A stretch of DNA of 63,989 bases, counting the filler, from an uncultured bacterium (GTDB lineage Bacteria; Auribacterota; CAZIXI01), in the NCBI GenBank assembly GCA_964543115.1. It is 5 parts of 5 records of this genome, joined end to end, with 100 filler letters (N's around TTAATTAATTAA, not from the genome) between each part and the next. Parts side by side here need not be neighbours in the genome. Positions count along the whole stretch, not along the records: positions 56,295 to 63,989 come from CAZIXI010000167.1; 4 more parts are not named here. The stretch is one strand, 5' to 3'. The notes below the pieces were generated by a model. The model was not told where the DNA came from. It worked only from the letters and a program-made list of their open reading frames with translations, and ran no database searches. This document shows, piece by piece, positions 62,959-63,989 of this stretch. Both the position numbers and the translations under genes were made by a program. How positions within the stretch are numbered: the stretch's first letter is position 1; each line of letters opens with the position of its first letter.

Positions 62959-63989
62959 AAAAACTGCTGTGCGGATAATTTAGTTTTAGCCAGAGGCTTA
63001 CTAGGGAAGCTTTTTCCATTCAAGGTGATAAATCCTCGTGCATGTTTAACTACCATACCCATTCTTCGTACTTGTTCCAGGAAACGGAAACTTGTCTTTT
63101 TCCTGAGGGAAATTATTCTCTTCGCGCAAATAACGCCGATTCCCGGGGTTCTGATCAGTTCTTCAAAAGAGGCAGTGGTAATTTCTAGCGGGAACATTTC
63201 CCGATGTTTTTCCGCCCAGACCAGTTTGGGATTCCTGGTGAGATCCAGATTACCGTTCCTGTCAAATACCAGCTCCTGCGGTTTAAATCCATAACGGCGC
63301 AGGAGGAAATCCGCCTCATATAAACGCGCTTCCCGCAGCGGCGGACAAGGCGGGGCTTCCTCTAACGGAGTTCCGCTGACCGGTTCAAAACCGCTGTAGT
63401 AAACCCGGGTTAATTTATGGTCCCGGTAAAGGTTGTGGGATAATTCCAATATCTCTTCATCAGTTTCATTTCCGGCGCCTACTATTAACTGTGTTGTAGC
63501 ACCGGCCGGAAGTCTATGTTCATCCGCGTATTGGGCAACGACATTCAGGCCCCGCCATAGTTGTGCCTGAAACTCTTTTGTGGGTGAGATTTTTTCCAGA
63601 TATCTTTGAGCGGGTACTTCAAGATTAAGTGACAGCCGGTCACAGTATTTACCCAGCGCCGGAACATAAGACGGATCTGTTCCCGGTAAAATCACCGCGT
63701 GAATAAAGCCGGTGTAATGATATTGATTGCGCAGGATATCAATTGTGGCCAGCATTCTTTCCTGGGCAATATTGGGAGAAGGATAAACCCCGGAAGAGAG
63801 GAATAATCCCTTTACCCTGCCCCGCCTGGAATAATCTACAAATGTGCGGGCCAGTTCTTCCGGATTAAATCTGCGGCGGTCACAATCGCGGTCTTTTCTA
63901 CAGTTACAATAGAGGCAGTTGTGCAGACAGGAATTTGTCTGCAATACCTTAAATAAGGAGACGCGTTTCCCTCTTTTGCCCGGGGAATG
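62943..63989 (-). CDS. Putative DNA modification/repair radical SAM protein with C-terminal HhH (5' end beyond window)
   Basis: Frame open to the edge: HS..RVSLFKVLQTNSCLHNCLYC (CxxxCxxC); KGLFLSSG; RVYYSGF; REARLYEADFLLRRYGF; LIRTPGIG. Confidence 0.88.
   Translation of the reverse strand, partial: HSPGKRGKRVSLFKVLQTNSCLHNCLYCNCRKDRDCDRRRFNPEELARTFVDYSRRGRVKGLFLSSGVYPSPNIAQERMLATIDILRNQYHYTGFIHAVILPGTDPSYVPALGKYCDRLSLNLEVPAQRYLEKISPTKEFQAQLWRGLNVVAQYADEHRLPAGATTQLIVGAGNETDEEILELSHNLYRDHKLTRVYYSGFEPVSGTPLEEAPPCPPLREARLYEADFLLRRYGFKPQELVFDRNGNLDLTRNPKLVWAEKHREMFPLEITTASFEELIRTPGIGVICAKRIISLRKKTSFRFLEQVRRMGMVVKHARGFITLNGKSFPSKPLAKTKLSAQQFLWEEL

Noticed and set aside
279..63294. Numerous 60-210 aa ORFs antisense or out of frame to the long genes (e.g. 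1695-2171, 16298-16843, 18379-19020, 37188-37694, 53614-54180)
   Set aside because: Fully nested shadows of well-supported genes, with no SD, motif or family resemblance.
1..63989. Alternative genetic code, prophage, integrase, rRNA or tRNA genes
   Set aside because: Long ORFs read normally in code 11 with all three stops used; I saw no phage hallmark genes, recombinases, cloverleafs or rRNA-like sequence.

Overview
This window is a pseudo-scaffold, not continuous DNA. Four 100-nt spacers (N44-TTAATTAATTAA-N44) join five contigs: 1-14136, 14237-28215, 28316-42211, 42312-56194 and 56295-end. The three complete contigs measure 13,979, 13,896 and 13,883 bp, which suggests ordering by length. 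The gene content indicates a diderm bacterium (TolC, Lnt-like protein, beta-barrel protein, Chlamydiae/spirochaete-type V-ATPase, giant multi-domain ORFs); Omnitrophota/PVC is my inference. Housekeeping genes include V-ATPase E-C-A-B-D-I, an M48 protease, an acylating aldehyde dehydrogenase, MarR-TolC-RND, two CNNM proteins, TtcA and a radical SAM protein. The accessory content is rich in exported proteins. (i) Giant effector-like proteins: a >=3405-aa Ser/Thr kinase/methyltransferase-like/zincin-like protein, a 2166-aa Tiki(TraB)-like/2x zincin-like/PPP-phosphatase protein, a signal-peptide histidine kinase and a C-terminal fragment of another. All four end in x-[AS]-[AV]. (ii) A STAS, CHASE2 adenylate cyclase and FecR/beta-helix/beta-barrel receptor module. 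(iii) Tandem constant/variable paralogues behind a papain-like enzyme. (iv) C10 cysteine proteases and a surface protein sharing permuted ~105-aa repeats. (v) HipBST with four operators, a RelE-type toxin-antitoxin pair, an orphan nucleotidyltransferase and a frameshifted, catalytically altered lnt. Three consensus sigma54 promoters precede exported-protein genes, and two of them share a candidate TGTCT-N7-AGACA enhancer. All family calls come from reading motifs by eye; no database searches were run.
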